A DNA stretch of 64,000 bases, from assembly GCA_964644565.1 (NCBI GenBank), contig CAZXWO010000001.1:57727-121726 (forward strand). The letters are read 5' to 3'. The notes beneath the pieces are model-generated. The model was not told where the DNA came from. It saw nothing but the letters and a program-made list of their open reading frames with translations, and did not search any database. The stretch comes from an uncultured Thermoplasmata archaeon. Its GTDB lineage: Archaea; Thermoplasmatota; Thermoplasmata; UBA10834. Made by a program: the position numbers and the translations under genes. Positions 1-9,852 of this stretch are shown in pieces (the stretch's first letter is position 1; every line of letters begins with the position of its first letter).

Positions 1-509
1 AAGTACACCCCCGCGCAGAGGCCGCCCAGGAACGCGAGCAGGTCGCCCATCAGCGAGTCGCCGCCCACCCTGTAGTCGTTCAGGGATATGATGCACACCC
101 CTGCGAACGCCACGACTATCCCCACCGCCGCGACCCTGCGGACGTGCTCCTTCATCAGGAAGTGGGACACCGCGGCGACGAATATCGGGTGAGAGGTGAC
201 GAGTATGACCGAGGTCGACACGAGGGTGAGGCCCAGGGACGTGATCCAGAGCCCGAAGTGCAGGGACAGGGCGACGCCGCTGAGGATGACGAGGGCCCAC
301 TCGCCCCTGCGGAAGGACAGGATGGCCCTCACGCCCCCGTAGTGGATCAGGAAGGGGAGCAGGATGAGGCATGTGATGCCGAGGCGGTAGGAGGCTATCA
401 CGAACGGGGCGCTCTCGCTCCACTTGATGAATATGGACGCGAACGATATGGACACCATGGCCACGCCGATCGCGGCATACGCCTTCGTGTGCTCCCCCGG
501 CGAACGCAT
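1..509 (-). CDS. DMT/EamA family transporter, 3' end runs off the window
   Basis: Not in the ORF track because it is open at the edge. My translation from ATG 509 reads MRSPGEHTKAYAAIGVAMVSISFASIFIKWSESAPFVIASYRLGIT...SLHFGLWITSLGLTLVSTSVILVTSHPIFVA, typical EamA helices. Confidence 0.9.
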   Translation of the reverse strand, partial: MRSPGEHTKAYAAIGVAMVSISFASIFIKWSESAPFVIASYRLGITCLILLPFLIHYGGVRAILSFRRGEWALVILSGVALSLHFGLWITSLGLTLVSTSVILVTSHPIFVAAVSHFLMKEHVRRVAAVGIVVAFAGVCIISLNDYRVGGDSLMGDLLAFLGGLCAGVY

Positions 510-536
510 CGCACCACCGCGGCCCCAGGCCCGGGC

Positions 537-1037
537 TCAGTAAATGGTCACGCCTTTGACGCCCCTCGACTGGCGTATCAGAGGTATCAGCTCGGCAGGG
601 ACCTGGCTCTCCGTGACTATGAACAGCTTAGGCTCCTCGGAGGTCATCGGGTCGTCGACTATGGCCTGCCTTATGCTTATCTGGGACTTCGAGAGGATCT
701 CGGCGACGGACGAGATTATGCCTGGTTCGTGGGCGTCGGTCGGGACGATCTCGATGGCGCTCCAGCCCATGGCGGAGGCCGCGTTCTTCAGGTGGTTGGT
801 CGGCTGCAGCTGGGAGAAGAACTTCAGGAGGGTGGGGTCGTTCCTGATCGTGTCCAGGGTCGACTTGACGACCCTCCTGTCCACGCCCGCGGCCCTCGCG
901 AGCGAGGAGTCGGCGATCCTGACGTCCCCGCAGAACACGTGCTCCTTCTCGATCCGGAGGCCGTACCTCAGGAGGTACCTGGCGACCTTGGCCTGAGAGG
1001 GGTACTTCTCGAAGTAGTTCGATATCCTGTCCCACAT
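537..1037 (-). CDS. Predicted regulator of amino acid metabolism (HTH plus ACT domain, COG2150-like)
   Basis: HTH-like IADSSLARAAGVDRRVVKST; ACT-like C-terminus (EPGIISSVAEILSKSQISIRQAIV); divergent from the amino acid operon. Confidence 0.85.
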   Translation of the reverse strand: MWDRISNYFEKYPSQAKVARYLLRYGLRIEKEHVFCGDVRIADSSLARAAGVDRRVVKSTLDTIRNDPTLLKFFSQLQPTNHLKNAASAMGWSAIEIVPTDAHEPGIISSVAEILSKSQISIRQAIVDDPMTSEEPKLFIVTESQVPAELIPLIRQSRGVKGVTIY

Positions 1038-1066
1038 GACAATCGATGACTACATGTGTACAGTAA

Positions 1067-1091
1067 TACATTAATATTGTCACTTAATGTA
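1067..1091. promoter_or_regulatory. Palindromic candidate operator TACATTAA-N9-TTAATGTA
   Basis: Perfect 8-bp inverted repeat (1067-1074 and 1084-1091) in the AT-rich gap between the regulator and the operon. Confidence 0.5.
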
Positions 1092-1121
1092 CGCCTTCGC
1101 ACTGCCAAAGCGTAGCAAGGG

Positions 1122-1129
1122 ACTTATAC
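1122..1129 (+). promoter_or_regulatory. Archaeal TATA box of the aro operon
   Basis: ACTTATAC preceded by purine-rich CAAGGG (BRE-like), about 60 nt upstream of ATG 1186. Confidence 0.5.
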
Positions 1130-1185
1130 GTCCAGCACCATCGCAAAGGCATTGACACATCGTAGCACGGCAATTCGACGGTGAA

Positions 1186-1974
1186 ATGATGACGGGAAAG
1201 ACGATTCGGATGAGGCGGGTCTTGGACCAGGAGACTGGGAGGACCGTCATTGTGCCCATGGACCACGGGATATCCCTGGGGCCGGTCAAGGGCATAGAGG
1301 ACATTGGCAGCACTGTTGACAAGCTCGCCGAAGGCGGCGCCTCGGCGATAGTCATTCACAAGGGCCTCGTCCCGTTCGCAGGGCCGTCCGTCGGGTCCAG
1401 GCTCGGCCTGATAGTGCACATATCGGCCAGCACGTCCATGTCGGCCGACCCGAACCTGAAGGTGCTGGTGGCCAGGGCGGACGACGCCGCGGCCATCGGG
1501 GCCGACGCCGTCTCGATCCACTGCAACCTCGGCAACGAGAACGAGGACAGGATGGTGGCCGACTTCGGCTCCGTGGCGGACAGGTGCAGGGAGCTGGGCA
1601 TGCCCCTCCTGGCCATGTGCTACCCCAGGGGCAAGAACGTCAAGAGCTCGTTCGACGTCGAGGCCATCAAGCACTGCGCGAGGCTCTCCGCGGAGCTCGG
1701 GGCGGACATCGTCAAGACGAGCTACACCGGCTCCGTCGACACGTTCAAGGAGGTCGTGAGGGGCACCCCCATACCCGTCGTGATAGCGGGCGGGCCCAAG
1801 ATGGGGTCGGACTCCGAGCTCCTCACCATGGTGAGCGAGGCCATGCAGGCCGGCGCCAAGGGCGTGTCCATAGGCAGGAACGTCTTCCAGCACGACGACA
1901 TCGTCGGCATCACAAGGGCCATACGAAGGGTGGTCTTCGAGGGCGTGCCCCCGGGAGAGGCGTATAGGCGGTGA
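1186..1974 (+). CDS. aroA': 2-amino-3,7-dideoxy-D-threo-hept-6-ulosonate synthase (class I aldolase, DhnA family)
   Basis: VPMDHG motif, Schiff-base ADIVKTSY, IAGGPK, GRNVFQH; directly upstream of DHQ synthase II. Confidence 0.9.
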   Translation: MMTGKTIRMRRVLDQETGRTVIVPMDHGISLGPVKGIEDIGSTVDKLAEGGASAIVIHKGLVPFAGPSVGSRLGLIVHISASTSMSADPNLKVLVARADDAAAIGADAVSIHCNLGNENEDRMVADFGSVADRCRELGMPLLAMCYPRGKNVKSSFDVEAIKHCARLSAELGADIVKTSYTGSVDTFKEVVRGTPIPVVIAGGPKMGSDSELLTMVSEAMQAGAKGVSIGRNVFQHDDIVGITRAIRRVVFEGVPPGEAYRR

Positions 1975-3011
1975 ATGCCCTGATCGACCGCAAGGTGTGG
2001 GTCGGGGCCATCCACCAGCCGAGCGGCGAATCCAGGAAGAAGGTCGTGCTCGCCGCCCTTGAGAACGGCTTCGACACGGTGGTACTCGACAAGAAGGACC
2101 GCGACCTGGCCAAGCTCGGCAGGTTCAGGTCCATCATCCTGGACGGCGCGGACTTCCTGGAGGACGGCGAGAGGATCGGGCGCCTCGTCGAGGTCAGCAG
2201 GAAGGCCGACGAGGTCGCCGCGAAGAGGGCCGCCGAGAGGTCGCAGCACGTGGTGGTCTCGGCCAAGGACTGGAAGGTCATCCCGCTCGAGAACCTCATA
2301 GTGCACTTCCAGGGCACCGGGGCCAAGCTGATGATGCTGGCCAGGACCGCCGAGGAGGCCAAGCTGTTCTTCGAGACGATGGAGAAGGGGGCCGACGGGG
2401 TCCTCTTCGTGCCGTCGAGGCTGGAGGAGCTGGGCAAGCTGCGTAAGATCCTGGAGGAGGGCGCCCCGAGGCTGCGGATGCAGGAGGGGAAGATCACAGT
2501 CCTGAGGCAGCTCGGCCTCGGTGACAGGGTGTGCATAGACACATGCTCGATGCTCAGCGTGGGCGAGGGCATGCTCATCGGCAACCAGTCCTCCTGCATG
2601 TTCCTGATCCACTCGGAGTCGCTCGAGTCGGAGTACGCCGCGTCGAGGCCCTTCAGGGTCAACGCCGGGCCGGTGCACGCGTACATACTCATGCCGGACG
2701 GCACGACCAGGTACCTCTCGGAGCTGCAGGGAGGGGACGAGGCGCTGGTCGTGGGCGCGGACGGCCACACCAGGAAGGTCGTGGTGGGGAGGACCAAGGT
2801 CGAGAGGAGGCCCCTCCTGCTCATAGAGGCGGACGTGGACGGCGAGCGCTTCTCGACCATCGTCCAGAACGCCGAGACCATAAGGGTCTACTCCAGGGGC
2901 AAGGTCGTCTCCGTCTCCAGGCTCAAGCTCGGCGACCCCATCACACTCAAGACAGAGAAGGGCGGGAGGCACTTCGGGATGCGGGTGGAGGAGACCATCC
3001 GGGAGAAGTGA
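1971..3011 (+). CDS. aroB': 3-dehydroquinate synthase II
   Basis: DWKVIPLENL, GDRVCIDTC, FRVNAGPVHAY, RHFGM motifs; GTGA overlap with the upstream stop. Confidence 0.95.
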   Translation: MNALIDRKVWVGAIHQPSGESRKKVVLAALENGFDTVVLDKKDRDLAKLGRFRSIILDGADFLEDGERIGRLVEVSRKADEVAAKRAAERSQHVVVSAKDWKVIPLENLIVHFQGTGAKLMMLARTAEEAKLFFETMEKGADGVLFVPSRLEELGKLRKILEEGAPRLRMQEGKITVLRQLGLGDRVCIDTCSMLSVGEGMLIGNQSSCMFLIHSESLESEYAASRPFRVNAGPVHAYILMPDGTTRYLSELQGGDEALVVGADGHTRKVVVGRTKVERRPLLLIEADVDGERFSTIVQNAETIRVYSRGKVVSVSRLKLGDPITLKTEKGGRHFGMRVEETIREK

Positions 3012-3014
3012 TGC

Positions 3015-4502
3015 ATGACATACATCGTCGCCTCCCTCGTCGAGAGGGGGGCCTCGGGAGTCTCTCGCTCGTCACATGAGGCGTTCAGGCACGGGGCGGA
3101 CCTGGTGGAGGTCCGCCTGGACCACATGGCACTCCGGAAGGTCGACGCGGAGGCGCTGTCGGAGGTCAGGGAGGCCGTAAGGGGGCCCGCGGTCGCGACC
3201 CTGAGGTCCTCGGGTGAGGGCGGCCGGTCGAGGCTCAGGGGGGCCGCCAGGGAGAAGGCCCTCAGGGCGGTGCTCGGCGCGGGGTTCGAGTACGTGGACC
3301 TCGAGCTCGGCACGGACGCGAGGCTCCTCGGGGAGCTCCGCCGCAGGAAGCACCGGCCGGCCGTCATAGCGTCGTCCCACCTCAGGGCGCCGGCGGCCCC
3401 GAAGGAGGTCGAGAGGGCCCTGGCCAGGGCGTGCAGGGCGGGCGACTTCGGCAAGGTCGCGATGCCCTGCGAGGACGCCGGACAGGCGATCATGCTAGCG
3501 TCCCTCGGCATGAGGCGGTCAGCCGCCGGGGACAGGTTCGCGCTCATTGGCATGGGCGACCAGGGGCAGCTCACCAGGGTCTGCGCGAGGCAGATGGGCT
3601 CCTCGATGGTCTACTGCAGCCTCGAGGGGAGGCCCGCGGCGCCAGGCCAGCTGGACCTCCCGACCCAGGCCTCGCTCGAGAGGGAGGGGAGGCTCGTCCT
3701 GGGCCTCCTCGGCCACCCGGTGACACACTCCGTCTCCAAGCCCATGCAGGAGGCCGCCCTCCGCGGCGCGGGCATCACGGGCATATACCTGAACCTCGAC
3801 GTGCCCCCCGCGGCGCTGACCGGGGACGCGCTCGACACGCTCAGGCGCCTCGGCCTCTCCGGGATCAACGTGACCGTCCCGCACAAGGAGAAGGTGCGGG
3901 CGATGTGCGACGAGCTCGACCCGGAGGCCGAGTCCACCGGCGCTGTCAACACCGTGGTCTTCGGGCGGAAGAAGGTGTACGGTAAAAACACAGATGTGAT
4001 AGGATTCACAACCGCGATTGAACAAAAAACAGAGATAGGCCCCGACACCGAGGCGCTCATAGTCGGCGCCGGCGGGGCGGCCCGGGCAGCCGCCGTCGGC
4101 CTCGGGCGCGCGGGAGCGCACGTGACCGTCGCGGCGAGGGACAGGGCCAAGGGGGAGAAGGTGGCGGCGGAGCTCGGCATCGAGGCCGTCACGACCGACT
4201 CGCTCAGGCGCGCGGGGAGGCGCTTCGACATCATAGTCAACTGCACCCCTGCGGGCACGAAGGGCGTCGGCGGGACCGTCCCCGTCCCGTCGGGCATGTT
4301 CAAGAGGGGGGTCCTGTACTTCGACATGGTCTACAACCCCCCTGTCACCAGGGCGATGAAGGCGGCCGCGTCCAGGAAGGCCCGGACGGCCAACGGGCTG
4401 GAGATGCTCGTGGGCCAGGGGGCCGCGTCGTTCAGGGCCTGGACGGGCGCGGAGCCCGACCTTGGTGTCATGAGGACGGCGGCCAGGAGGGCGCTCCGAT
4501 GA
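3015..4502 (+). CDS. aroE: Fused type I 3-dehydroquinate dehydratase and shikimate dehydrogenase (AroD-AroE)
   Basis: N-terminal DHQase I (DLVEVRLD, YVDLE, SSH); C-terminal GHPVTHSVS, NVTVPHK, GAVNT, NTDVIG, GAGGAARA, DMVYNP. Confidence 0.95.
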   Translation: MTYIVASLVERGASGVSRSSHEAFRHGADLVEVRLDHMALRKVDAEALSEVREAVRGPAVATLRSSGEGGRSRLRGAAREKALRAVLGAGFEYVDLELGTDARLLGELRRRKHRPAVIASSHLRAPAAPKEVERALARACRAGDFGKVAMPCEDAGQAIMLASLGMRRSAAGDRFALIGMGDQGQLTRVCARQMGSSMVYCSLEGRPAAPGQLDLPTQASLEREGRLVLGLLGHPVTHSVSKPMQEAALRGAGITGIYLNLDVPPAALTGDALDTLRRLGLSGINVTVPHKEKVRAMCDELDPEAESTGAVNTVVFGRKKVYGKNTDVIGFTTAIEQKTEIGPDTEALIVGAGGAARAAAVGLGRAGAHVTVAARDRAKGEKVAAELGIEAVTTDSLRRAGRRFDIIVNCTPAGTKGVGGTVPVPSGMFKRGVLYFDMVYNPPVTRAMKAAASRKARTANGLEMLVGQGAASFRAWTGAEPDLGVMRTAARRALR

Positions 4503-5368
4503 TCGGGAGGGCGGCCTGCAGGGGCGCGGCGACCATCGTGAACGCCATACCCACAGGCAGGGGGGCGGCCTTCGGCATCACCCTCGAGACGGACGCCGAG
4601 GTCACTATACTGGACGAGGCCGGGGGCATCGTATGCCCCGGGCCCGGGGAGGGGGCGGAGCTCGTCGCCCATTGCGTGGGATCGACCCTCAGGGGCACTC
4701 CCCTCGAGGGGCGCGGAGCCCGCGTCGCGCTGAGGTCCGACATCCCGATCTCGCGGGGCCTGAAGAGCAGCAGCGCGGCCTCGAACGCGGTGGTGCTCGC
4801 TACGACCAGGGCCGCCCAGGCCAGCGTAGACGACCTGCGGGTCCTGGGGACGGCCGTGGATGCGTCGGTCAAGGCGGGCGTCACCATCACAGGGGCGTTC
4901 GACGACGCGGCCGCGTGCTACTTCGGGGGTGCCGTGGTCACCGACAACTCCGAGAGGCGGGTCATCGCGAGGGGCAGGATGGACCCATCGCTCTCCGTGC
5001 TGATACACGTCCCTGGAAGGAGGATCTCGAAGGCGTCCGTCAGGGGCCTCGACTTCGGGCCGGCGAGGCCAGACTCCGAGAGGGCCCTCAAGCTCGCCAT
5101 CGCCGGCGAGTTCGCCAAGGCGATGGAGCTCAACTCGCGCGCCTGCTCGAAGGTCCTCGGGCTCAGCGAGGAGGTCGCGGAGCTGGCGAGGGAGAACGGC
5201 GCGGTCGCCGCCGGCATATCGGGGACCGGCCCGGCGACCGTCGTGCTGGCCCGGAGGGATGACGAGGCGATGCTCGCCAGGGTCATGGAGGCCAGGTCCG
5301 ACGGGGTGGTGCTCAGGGCGGCCATCAACGACACGCCCGCGACGGAGGTGGTCCCACGGCTATTCTGA
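4499..5368 (+). CDS. aroK: Archaeal shikimate kinase (GHMP family)
   Basis: TIVNAIPTGRGAAFGI, PISRGLKSSSAASNA, TGAFDDA, SGTGP. Confidence 0.95.
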   Translation: MIGRAACRGAATIVNAIPTGRGAAFGITLETDAEVTILDEAGGIVCPGPGEGAELVAHCVGSTLRGTPLEGRGARVALRSDIPISRGLKSSSAASNAVVLATTRAAQASVDDLRVLGTAVDASVKAGVTITGAFDDAAACYFGGAVVTDNSERRVIARGRMDPSLSVLIHVPGRRISKASVRGLDFGPARPDSERALKLAIAGEFAKAMELNSRACSKVLGLSEEVAELARENGAVAAGISGTGPATVVLARRDDEAMLARVMEARSDGVVLRAAINDTPATEVVPRLF

Positions 5369-6627
5369 TCAAGTCGTCCACGGCGAGGGGGACGGTCGCT
5401 GCCTCCCCGTCCAAGTCCTACACCCACAGGGCCATGGTCCTCGGGGCGCTCACATACGGGCCGTTCGTCCTGAAGAGGCCTCTGATGTCAGAGGACACGA
5501 GGGCCACGCTGGACGCCCTCCACCTCATGGGCGCGTCCGTCCGGGGCAGCGCGGCATCGGTGGACATCCACTGCGACGAGCTGAGCCAGGCCGCCGCCGT
5601 CATAGACGCGAGGAACTCCGGGACGACCATGAGGCTCATGACCGGGGTCGCCTCGCTCCTCCCCTCGACCACGACGCTCACGGGGGACGGGAGCCTGGTC
5701 AAGAGACCGATGGCGCCCCTGGCCGACGCCCTGACGCAGCTGGGCGCGAAGGTGTCATACGTGGGCCAGGCGGGCAGGCCGCCTCTGAAGGTGACGGGGC
5801 CGATAAGGGGCGCCGAGACCGTGATCGCGGGCGACGTGAGCTCGCAGTTCGTCTCCTCCCTGCTGATAGCGTGCACGCAGAAGCCCGACGACACCTTCAT
5901 ACGCATCGGCGGGCAGGTGATATCCAGGCCGTACATCGACATGACCCTGGACGCCCTGCGCGCCTTCGGAGGCGACGCGCGGGAGTCGGGGGATGGGTTC
6001 TCGGTCGAGGGCGGCCAGCGCCTGGAGAGGGCCGAGTACACCGTGCCCGGGGACTACTCCTCGGCGGCGTTCGTGCTCGCGGCCGGGGCCATCACCTCGG
6101 GCGACGTGACGGTCATGAACCTCGACAGCGGCTCCCCGCAGGGCGACAGGGCGATAGTCCAGCACCTCAGGGACTTCGGGGCGGAGGTCAGGACGACCGC
6201 CGACTCCGTGCGCGTCTCCGGGGGCAGGCTGGTGGGGTTGGAGATCGACGTCAGGGACACGCCGGACCTCTTCCCCGTGCTCGCGGTCCTCGGGGCCGCC
6301 GCCGACGGCACGACGGTCCTCAAGGGGGGCACCAACCTCCGGTACAAGGAGAGCGACAGGATAGCCACGACCTCCGCCTTCCTGAGGGCCATGGGCGCCC
6401 GGGTCAAGCCCACCGAGGACGGGTGCGTGGTGTCCGGCGGAGCGAAGCTCCACGGGGCGGACGTGGACACCCACGGAGACCATAGGATTCTTATGGCGGC
6501 AGCACTTGCTGGACTGGTATCGACCTCGGGCACCAGGATAGAGGACGATTCGTCGTACAAGGTATCCTACCCCGGGTTCCTGAGGGACATGCACCAACTG
6601 GGCTGCCGCTTGGAGGTGAGGAGATGA
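5356..6627 (+). CDS. aroA: 3-phosphoshikimate 1-carboxyvinyltransferase (EPSP synthase); start probably near-cognate ACG at 5356 (first ATG is 5434)
   Basis: PSKSYTHRA lies upstream of the first ATG; NSGTTMR, SSQFVSSLL, KESDRI and DHRI motifs present. Confidence 0.93.
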   Translation, partial: TAILIKSSTARGTVAASPSKSYTHRAMVLGALTYGPFVLKRPLMSEDTRATLDALHLMGASVRGSAASVDIHCDELSQAAAVIDARNSGTTMRLMTGVASLLPSTTTLTGDGSLVKRPMAPLADALTQLGAKVSYVGQAGRPPLKVTGPIRGAETVIAGDVSSQFVSSLLIACTQKPDDTFIRIGGQVISRPYIDMTLDALRAFGGDARESGDGFSVEGGQRLERAEYTVPGDYSSAAFVLAAGAITSGDVTVMNLDSGSPQGDRAIVQHLRDFGAEVRTTADSVRVSGGRLVGLEIDVRDTPDLFPVLAVLGAAADGTTVLKGGTNLRYKESDRIATTSAFLRAMGARVKPTEDGCVVSGGAKLHGADVDTHGDHRILMAAALAGLVSTSGTRIEDDSSYKVSYPGFLRDMHQLGCRLEVRR

Positions 6628-7700
6628 ACGAGTTCGGGACGAGGTACAGGGTAGGCATATTCGGGTCCAGCCACGGCCCCTGCGTCGGGGCCAAGGTGGA
6701 CGGTTGCCCCCCCGGCACGAAGGTCTCCGAGGCGGTCATCCAGGTCGAGCTCGACAGGCGTTCCCCCGGCAAGGGGGTCATCACGTCCCCCAGGGCCGAG
6801 AGGGACAGGCTCGAGGTCATATCCGGCATCGTGGACGGGAAGGCGACCGGCGCGACCATCGTCGGGCTGGTGAGGAACAAGGACTTCGACTCGTCCGCGT
6901 ACGATTCATTCCGCAGGGTCCCCAGGCCGGGGCACGCCGACTACCCGGCCATGGTGAAGTACAAGGGACACCACGACCACCGCGGCGGCGGGCAGTTCTC
7001 CGGCCGGATGACGGCAGGGCTCGTCATCGCCGGGGCGATAGCGAGGCAGGTCCTCGACAAGAGGGACGTGCGCGTCCTGGCCCAGACGGTCCAGATAGGG
7101 TCCGTCCGCATGGAGAAGGAAGTCCCGTTCAGCATCGCCGAGAAGGTGGCGAGGGCGAACGCGGTCGGGTGCGCCGACAGGGACACCGCCGAGCTCATGA
7201 AGGACGAGATCGTCAGGGCCCACGAGGAGAAGGACTCCGTCGGCGGCGTCGTGAGGTGCACGGTCCTCGGCGCCCCCGTGGGCGTGGGCGAGCCGTTCTT
7301 CGGGTCTGTGGAGAGCGCCATCTCCGCGATGATGTTCTCGATACCCGGCGTCAAGGGGGTCGAGTTCGGCTCCGGCTTCCGCGCAGCCTCGATGAGGGGC
7401 AGCGACCACAACGACCCGTACTCGGTCAGGCACGGGAGGATAGTCACCAGGACGAACAACGCCGGCGGCGTCCTGGGAGGACTCTCCACCGGCATGCCGA
7501 TAGACTTCAGGGTCGCCTTCAAACCCACTTCTTCCATAGCGAGGCCGCAGATGAGCGTGGACATCGCGAAGAAGGTGTCCGTGGAGCTCGAGGTCAAGGG
7601 GAGGCACGACCCGTGCATCGTCCCCAGGGCCGTCCCGGTGGTCGAGAACTCGGCCGCCTCCGTGGTGCTGGACCTGATGCTCCAGGGGGGGTTCGCATGA
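6624..7700 (+). CDS. aroC: Chorismate synthase
   Basis: PRPGHAD, GGGQFSGRMT, FKPTSSI, GRHDPCIVPRA. Confidence 0.97.
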   Translation: MNEFGTRYRVGIFGSSHGPCVGAKVDGCPPGTKVSEAVIQVELDRRSPGKGVITSPRAERDRLEVISGIVDGKATGATIVGLVRNKDFDSSAYDSFRRVPRPGHADYPAMVKYKGHHDHRGGGQFSGRMTAGLVIAGAIARQVLDKRDVRVLAQTVQIGSVRMEKEVPFSIAEKVARANAVGCADRDTAELMKDEIVRAHEEKDSVGGVVRCTVLGAPVGVGEPFFGSVESAISAMMFSIPGVKGVEFGSGFRAASMRGSDHNDPYSVRHGRIVTRTNNAGGVLGGLSTGMPIDFRVAFKPTSSIARPQMSVDIAKKVSVELEVKGRHDPCIVPRAVPVVENSAASVVLDLMLQGGFA

Positions 7701-8779
7701 CGAACGAGGAGCTGGACGCCCTCAGGGCGGAGATAGACAGGATCGACCGGGAGCTGGTGAAGCTGATCTCCAGGCGCACCGACGTGGCGAGGGAGATAGG
7801 CCTCACCAAGAGGAAGGACGGGCTGAAGGTCCGGGACGTCCAGAGGGAGAGGAAGGTCGTCGAGAAGATGGCCTCGCTCGCGGGCTCGCTCGGGGCGGAC
7901 AAGAAGCTCGCCAAGGAGGCCGCGAGGCTGCTGATAGCCGACGCGGTCGCGGTCCAGAGGGAGCGGGACGAGCTGCCGCTGGAGGGCGAGAAGGTGCTCG
8001 TCGTCGGCGGCGCCGGGAGAATGGGCGGATGGACATGCAGGTTCATGTCCAACAGGGGCGCCAAGGTCAAGGTCTGGGACCCGAGGGGCAAGCGCAGGGG
8101 CTACCCAAACGCGAAGGCCCTCGGGCCTGCCGTCGCCGAGGCGGACATCATCGTCCTCGCGAGCCCGCTGGGGGCGTGCCCGGAGGAGCTCAGGGCGGTC
8201 ATCGCAGCCCGCCCGAAGGGGCTCGTGATGGACCTGTGCAGCATCAAGTCACACATATCCAGCATCATGAGGATGGCCGCCGCGGACGGCGTGCCGGTTG
8301 CGAGCGTACATCCGATGTTCGGCCCGAGGGCGCCATCGCCCAAGGGCCTGAAAGTCATCATCTGCGACTGCGGCAGCAGGGAGGCGACGGCCCGCGCCAA
8401 GGGGATCTTCGGCGACGCGGGCGCAGAGATCGTCGAGCTGTACCTGGAGGAGCACGACAGGATGATGGCATACATACTGGGCCTGTCGCACCTCACGGCC
8501 CTCATGTTCGGCACGGCCCTCAGGTCCTCCGGGAAGAAGGCCTCCGAGCTGAGGGAGATGCAGGGGACCACCTTCGCGAGGCTGGCCGAGCTGGCCGAGG
8601 AGGTCTCGGGCGAGAGCAGGAGGGTCTACCACGACATACAGGCCCTGAACCCGCACACCAAGGAGATGGCCGAGGCGGCGGAGCAGGCCCTGCGCGAGCT
8701 CAGGGAGGCCTCGTCATCGGCCGACCACCTCATGTTCGCAAACCTGATGGATTCGACCAAGGAACACATGGAGACGTGA
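7697..8779 (+). CDS. tyrA: Chorismate mutase / prephenate dehydrogenase fusion
   Basis: ATG 7697 (ATGA overlap); CM segment LRAEIDRIDRELVKLISRR, then GGAGRMG, DLCSIK, SVHPMFGP, EHDRMMA. Confidence 0.92.
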   Translation: MTNEELDALRAEIDRIDRELVKLISRRTDVAREIGLTKRKDGLKVRDVQRERKVVEKMASLAGSLGADKKLAKEAARLLIADAVAVQRERDELPLEGEKVLVVGGAGRMGGWTCRFMSNRGAKVKVWDPRGKRRGYPNAKALGPAVAEADIIVLASPLGACPEELRAVIAARPKGLVMDLCSIKSHISSIMRMAAADGVPVASVHPMFGPRAPSPKGLKVIICDCGSREATARAKGIFGDAGAEIVELYLEEHDRMMAYILGLSHLTALMFGTALRSSGKKASELREMQGTTFARLAELAEEVSGESRRVYHDIQALNPHTKEMAEAAEQALRELREASSSADHLMFANLMDSTKEHMET

Positions 8780-9852
8780 CCAAGATGACCAAGAAGAGAG
8801 CGGCCATACTCGGCTCGAGCGGCATGATCGGGCAGAGGTTCTCGCACATGCTCGACGGACACCCCTACTTCGACGTGGTGGCCTACTGCGCCTCGGACAG
8901 GTCCGGGGGGAAGAGGCTGTCCGACGTCTGGAAGCTGCCGGACGTGGAGCTCGACCCGAGCCTCGGCTCCAAGGCCATAGTCGGCACCGACGCCAAGGGG
9001 CTCGCCAAGGAGGGCGTGGAGGTCGTGTTCAGCGGCCTACCCTCGGACGTCGCGGGCCCGGTGGAGGACTCGTGCGCCGACGAGGGCATGGCCGTCTACT
9101 CGAACGCGGCATCGCACAGGACGGACCCCGACACGCCCATACTCCTCCCGGAGATCAACCCGGACCACCTCGCGGCCGTGGAGGCGCAGAGGCAGCGGAG
9201 GAGGAAGGGGGGCTACATAGTCACGAACGCGAACTGCTCCGTGACCGGCCTCGCCCTGGGGCTCAAGCCCCTGGTCGACGCGTTCAGGTTCACGGACGTC
9301 TATGTCGCGACCTACCAGGCGCTCTCGGGCGCCGGCCACCCCGGTGTGCCCTCGCTTGACATACTCGGAAACGTCCTCCCGTTCATCAGGGGCGAGGAGG
9401 AGAAGATGACCTCCGAGGGCAGGAAGATCCTCGGGGGCTACAGCAACGGGAGGTTCGTCGACTCCCCCATCCACATAGAGGCGAGCTGCGCCCGGGTCTC
9501 GACCAGGGACGGGCACCTCGAGGCCGTGTTCATCAACCACAAGGACATGCCCGACGCCGACAGGATAACCAAGGTCTTCGCGGACTTCAGGGGGAGGCCG
9601 CAGGAGCTCGGGCTCCCCAGCGCGCCCTTGAGGCCCATAATAGTGAGGAGGGAGCAGGACAGGCCGCAGCCGAGGCTGGACTCGTCCGCAGGGGAGCCGG
9701 CGAGGGCGAAGGGCATGGCCGTGACCGTCGGCCGGGTCCGGACGGGCAGGGACAAGCTGAGGTTCTACCTCCTGGTGCACAACACGATCAGAGGGGGCGC
9801 CGGCGGCTCGGTGCTCAACGCGGAGCTCGCGTACAGGGAGGGACTGATCTGA
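8776..9852 (+). CDS. asd: Aspartate-semialdehyde dehydrogenase (start GTG 8776 or ATG 8785)
   Basis: GSSGMIGQ, catalytic NANCS, YQALSGAG, HNTIRGGAG. Confidence 0.95.
   Translation: MTKMTKKRAAILGSSGMIGQRFSHMLDGHPYFDVVAYCASDRSGGKRLSDVWKLPDVELDPSLGSKAIVGTDAKGLAKEGVEVVFSGLPSDVAGPVEDSCADEGMAVYSNAASHRTDPDTPILLPEINPDHLAAVEAQRQRRRKGGYIVTNANCSVTGLALGLKPLVDAFRFTDVYVATYQALSGAGHPGVPSLDILGNVLPFIRGEEEKMTSEGRKILGGYSNGRFVDSPIHIEASCARVSTRDGHLEAVFINHKDMPDADRITKVFADFRGRPQELGLPSAPLRPIIVRREQDRPQPRLDSSAGEPARAKGMAVTVGRVRTGRDKLRFYLLVHNTIRGGAGGSVLNAELAYREGLI

Noticed and set aside
144-1893. ORFs 144-1049 (+) and 1084-1893 (-)
   Set aside because: They overlap well-supported genes on the opposite strand and are typical high-GC artefacts.
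3015-8779. AroD-AroE and chorismate mutase-TyrA fusions as novelties
   Set aside because: Both fusion types are already known in other prokaryotes.
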